Positions 62,351 through 64,000 of a stretch of DNA of 64,000 nt are shown here, in pieces. Within the stretch, counting starts at the first letter, position 1. Each line of letters opens with the position of its first letter. The stretch lies in assembly GCA_963776085.1 (NCBI GenBank), contig CAVZMS010000124.1:2488-66487 (forward strand), in the 5' to 3' direction. A model generated the notes under the pieces. The model worked only from the letters and a program-made list of their open reading frames with translations, did not search any database and was not told the DNA's origin. The stretch comes from an uncultured delta proteobacterium (GTDB lineage Bacteria; Desulfobacterota; DSM-4660; Desulfatiglandales; HGW-15). A program made the translations under genes and the position numbers.

Positions 62351-64000
62351 TTGGCGCAATATGATATAAATCTCAGAGAATATTGGCGGATTCTCAAAAA
62401 AAGGAAATTGATAGTTATAATTACCGCTATTGTTTTGGGACTGTTCAGCACGATTTTCGCAGTCTTTCAGGCCCCTACCCCCCTTTACACCTCCTACTGC
62501 GAGATCAAGTTTGAAAAGGAGACAACCCTTGAGGGCCTTTATGCCAGGACACTTTCATGGTCTGAAGGCGATGACATTGAGACCCAGATCTCTATTATCA
62601 ACGGGTTTTCCGTTCTGCTGGAAGTGGCCAAGAATATGGGGCTTATTCCGCGCAAATCGACAGGAGAGGAACCCGCCTGCAATCAGTGCCGTTGAACAAC
62701 TTAAAGGAAAGGTGAAGGTTGAAAGACAAGAATATACGAACATCCTTAGTATCAATGTTACTGATTCGGACCCCGAATTTGCCCAGAAAATGGCCAACGA
62801 ACTGGCTTCTACCTATAAAAGACTGCACGCCGAGCAACTGGGCAAACGAACTAATGACGCCATAAAGTATATTGAAGATCAATTGGAGACCGTGCGTCAG
62901 AAACTCAAGGTATCTGAGGAAGAGTTCAACAAATTCAGTCAGGCCAACCAGCTGATCTCCATAGATATGCAAAGCGAAAATCTCCTGTTAAGGAAAAAAG
63001 AGATCAATGATGAGATCCGCAAACAGAATGAGGATAAAAGTGATTTCAAGGCCCTTTCCTCCAGGGTAGAGAAGTTTATTCAAGACCCGTCTTCCTCGGA
63101 GGCAAATTTCTATTCATCAAAGGCGTCACTCCAGTATCAGGCCTCAAATGACAGCCTTATAGAACTTTTATTAAAAAGAGACTCATTGCTGGAAAATTAT
63201 ACTTCTCAGCATCCGGAAGTTATAGCGATCGGACAAAAAATAACCGAAAATGCCCGAAAAATTCTCATGCTGCTTAAACAGCAGATTGGTACAGCGGAAA
63301 AGAGGATTGCCGATCTTGAAGAAGAGATGCGGGAAGTTGATGCCAAAACCAATCTACTTATGGAAAAAAAGCTGGAATACGATCGTCTAAAAAGAGAAGT
63401 TGATTCTTTCAGGGATATGACTGCACTTCTTGAGCAAAAAAATCAGGAAGCCCTGATCACAAAGGCTGAAAAGCCGGAAGAGGTTATCATCGTCAGACCG
63501 GCGCTGTTGTCGACCACTCCGATCAATCCTCCCAAAACCGTAGCAACCGGAGCCATGGGCATCATTATCGGTATTGTGCTCGGCCTGGTTTTCGCCTTTA
63601 TTGTTGAGACCTTTGACACCTCTCTAGGGGCTATCGAGGATGTGGAGGAGACCTTGGGAGCCAAAGTCCTGGGTGTTATCCCCCACGCGGATTATAAAGA
63701 TATCATGGTGAGTTTAAAGGATAAAATCCCCAAGGAGGTGGATGAATCCGCCCTAAAAAAGATGATTAATCTCGTCTCACACTTTGCACCCAAAACCATG
63801 ATTGCCGAAAGCTTCAGGGCCCTGAGGACCAACATCCAGTTCAGAGAGGGTGATAAAAATGTCAAGACAATCGCCATCACAAGTACCTCCCCCCAGGAAG
63901 GAAAGACGATGGTTTCTGCAAACTTGGCGATAAGTCTCGCTCAGGCGGGGCTTAAGACGCTTCTAGTGGGTTCCGACCTGCGAAAGCCAATGCTGGGACA
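62351..64000 (+). CDS. chain-length determinant (Wzz/GumC-type) fused to a BY-kinase ATPase (one frame shift; 3' end runs off the window)
   Basis: The first part, 62351-62695, holds a TM and the Wzz N-terminus. The protein continues in another frame from about 62690, open to 64000: a coiled coil, a second TM (GIIIGIVLGLVFAFIV), and then ITSTSPQEGKT (Walker A of tyrosine autokinases). Confidence 0.85.

Overview
This is a 64-kb chromosomal window from a Gram-negative bacterium. The gene content (Mla and Tol-Pal envelope systems, FmdE, an EndoQ-type nuclease, PilT ATPases, an EPS export locus) and the intergenic repeat families suggest a Desulfobacterota/deltaproteobacteria-like lineage, but that is inference only. 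I count roughly 55 protein genes and one tRNA (initiator tRNA-Met). I found no rRNA, no CRISPR array, no transposase, and no recombinase other than a canonical xerD. Most of the window is core genome: acyl-CoA dehydrogenase, mlaA/C/D/F/E, ldcA-coaX-folP-ftsH, FmdE, an EndoQ-UvrD fusion, a DUF4143 ATPase, purB, a peptidoglycan-remodelling cluster, an RNB exoribonuclease, an M24 peptidase, xerD, tolQRAB-pal-cpoB, NamZ, MltD, a GHMP kinase, two PilT ATPases, GNAT, HDAC, a fused AccA/AccD, an AsmA-like protein, NUDIX, a formyltransferase, and an EPS export locus. The one clearly accessory segment is about 15.7-23.7 kb. It is a compositionally mosaic, same-strand array of small modules: exonuclease-BRCT plus an Rx4H protein, DGQHR/DndB-like plus an Rx4H protein, AbiTii-like, 2TM-GAF-like, a CDP-alcohol phosphatidyltransferase, and two orphan ORFs. 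This segment also carries attC-like hairpins but no integrase. It contains a duplicated ~225-bp promoter/leader element whose 64-nt core is identical in both copies. That island and the leader element are the best candidates for something new. The window also holds several intergenic palindrome families, including a 170-300 bp family sharing a CCGGTTAGGATTTTGC-type end. Technical caveat: at least 20 genes are split by single frame shifts, several at homopolymers, so assembly indel error is more likely than real pseudogenisation. All protein assignments come from reading motifs by eye. No database search was run.
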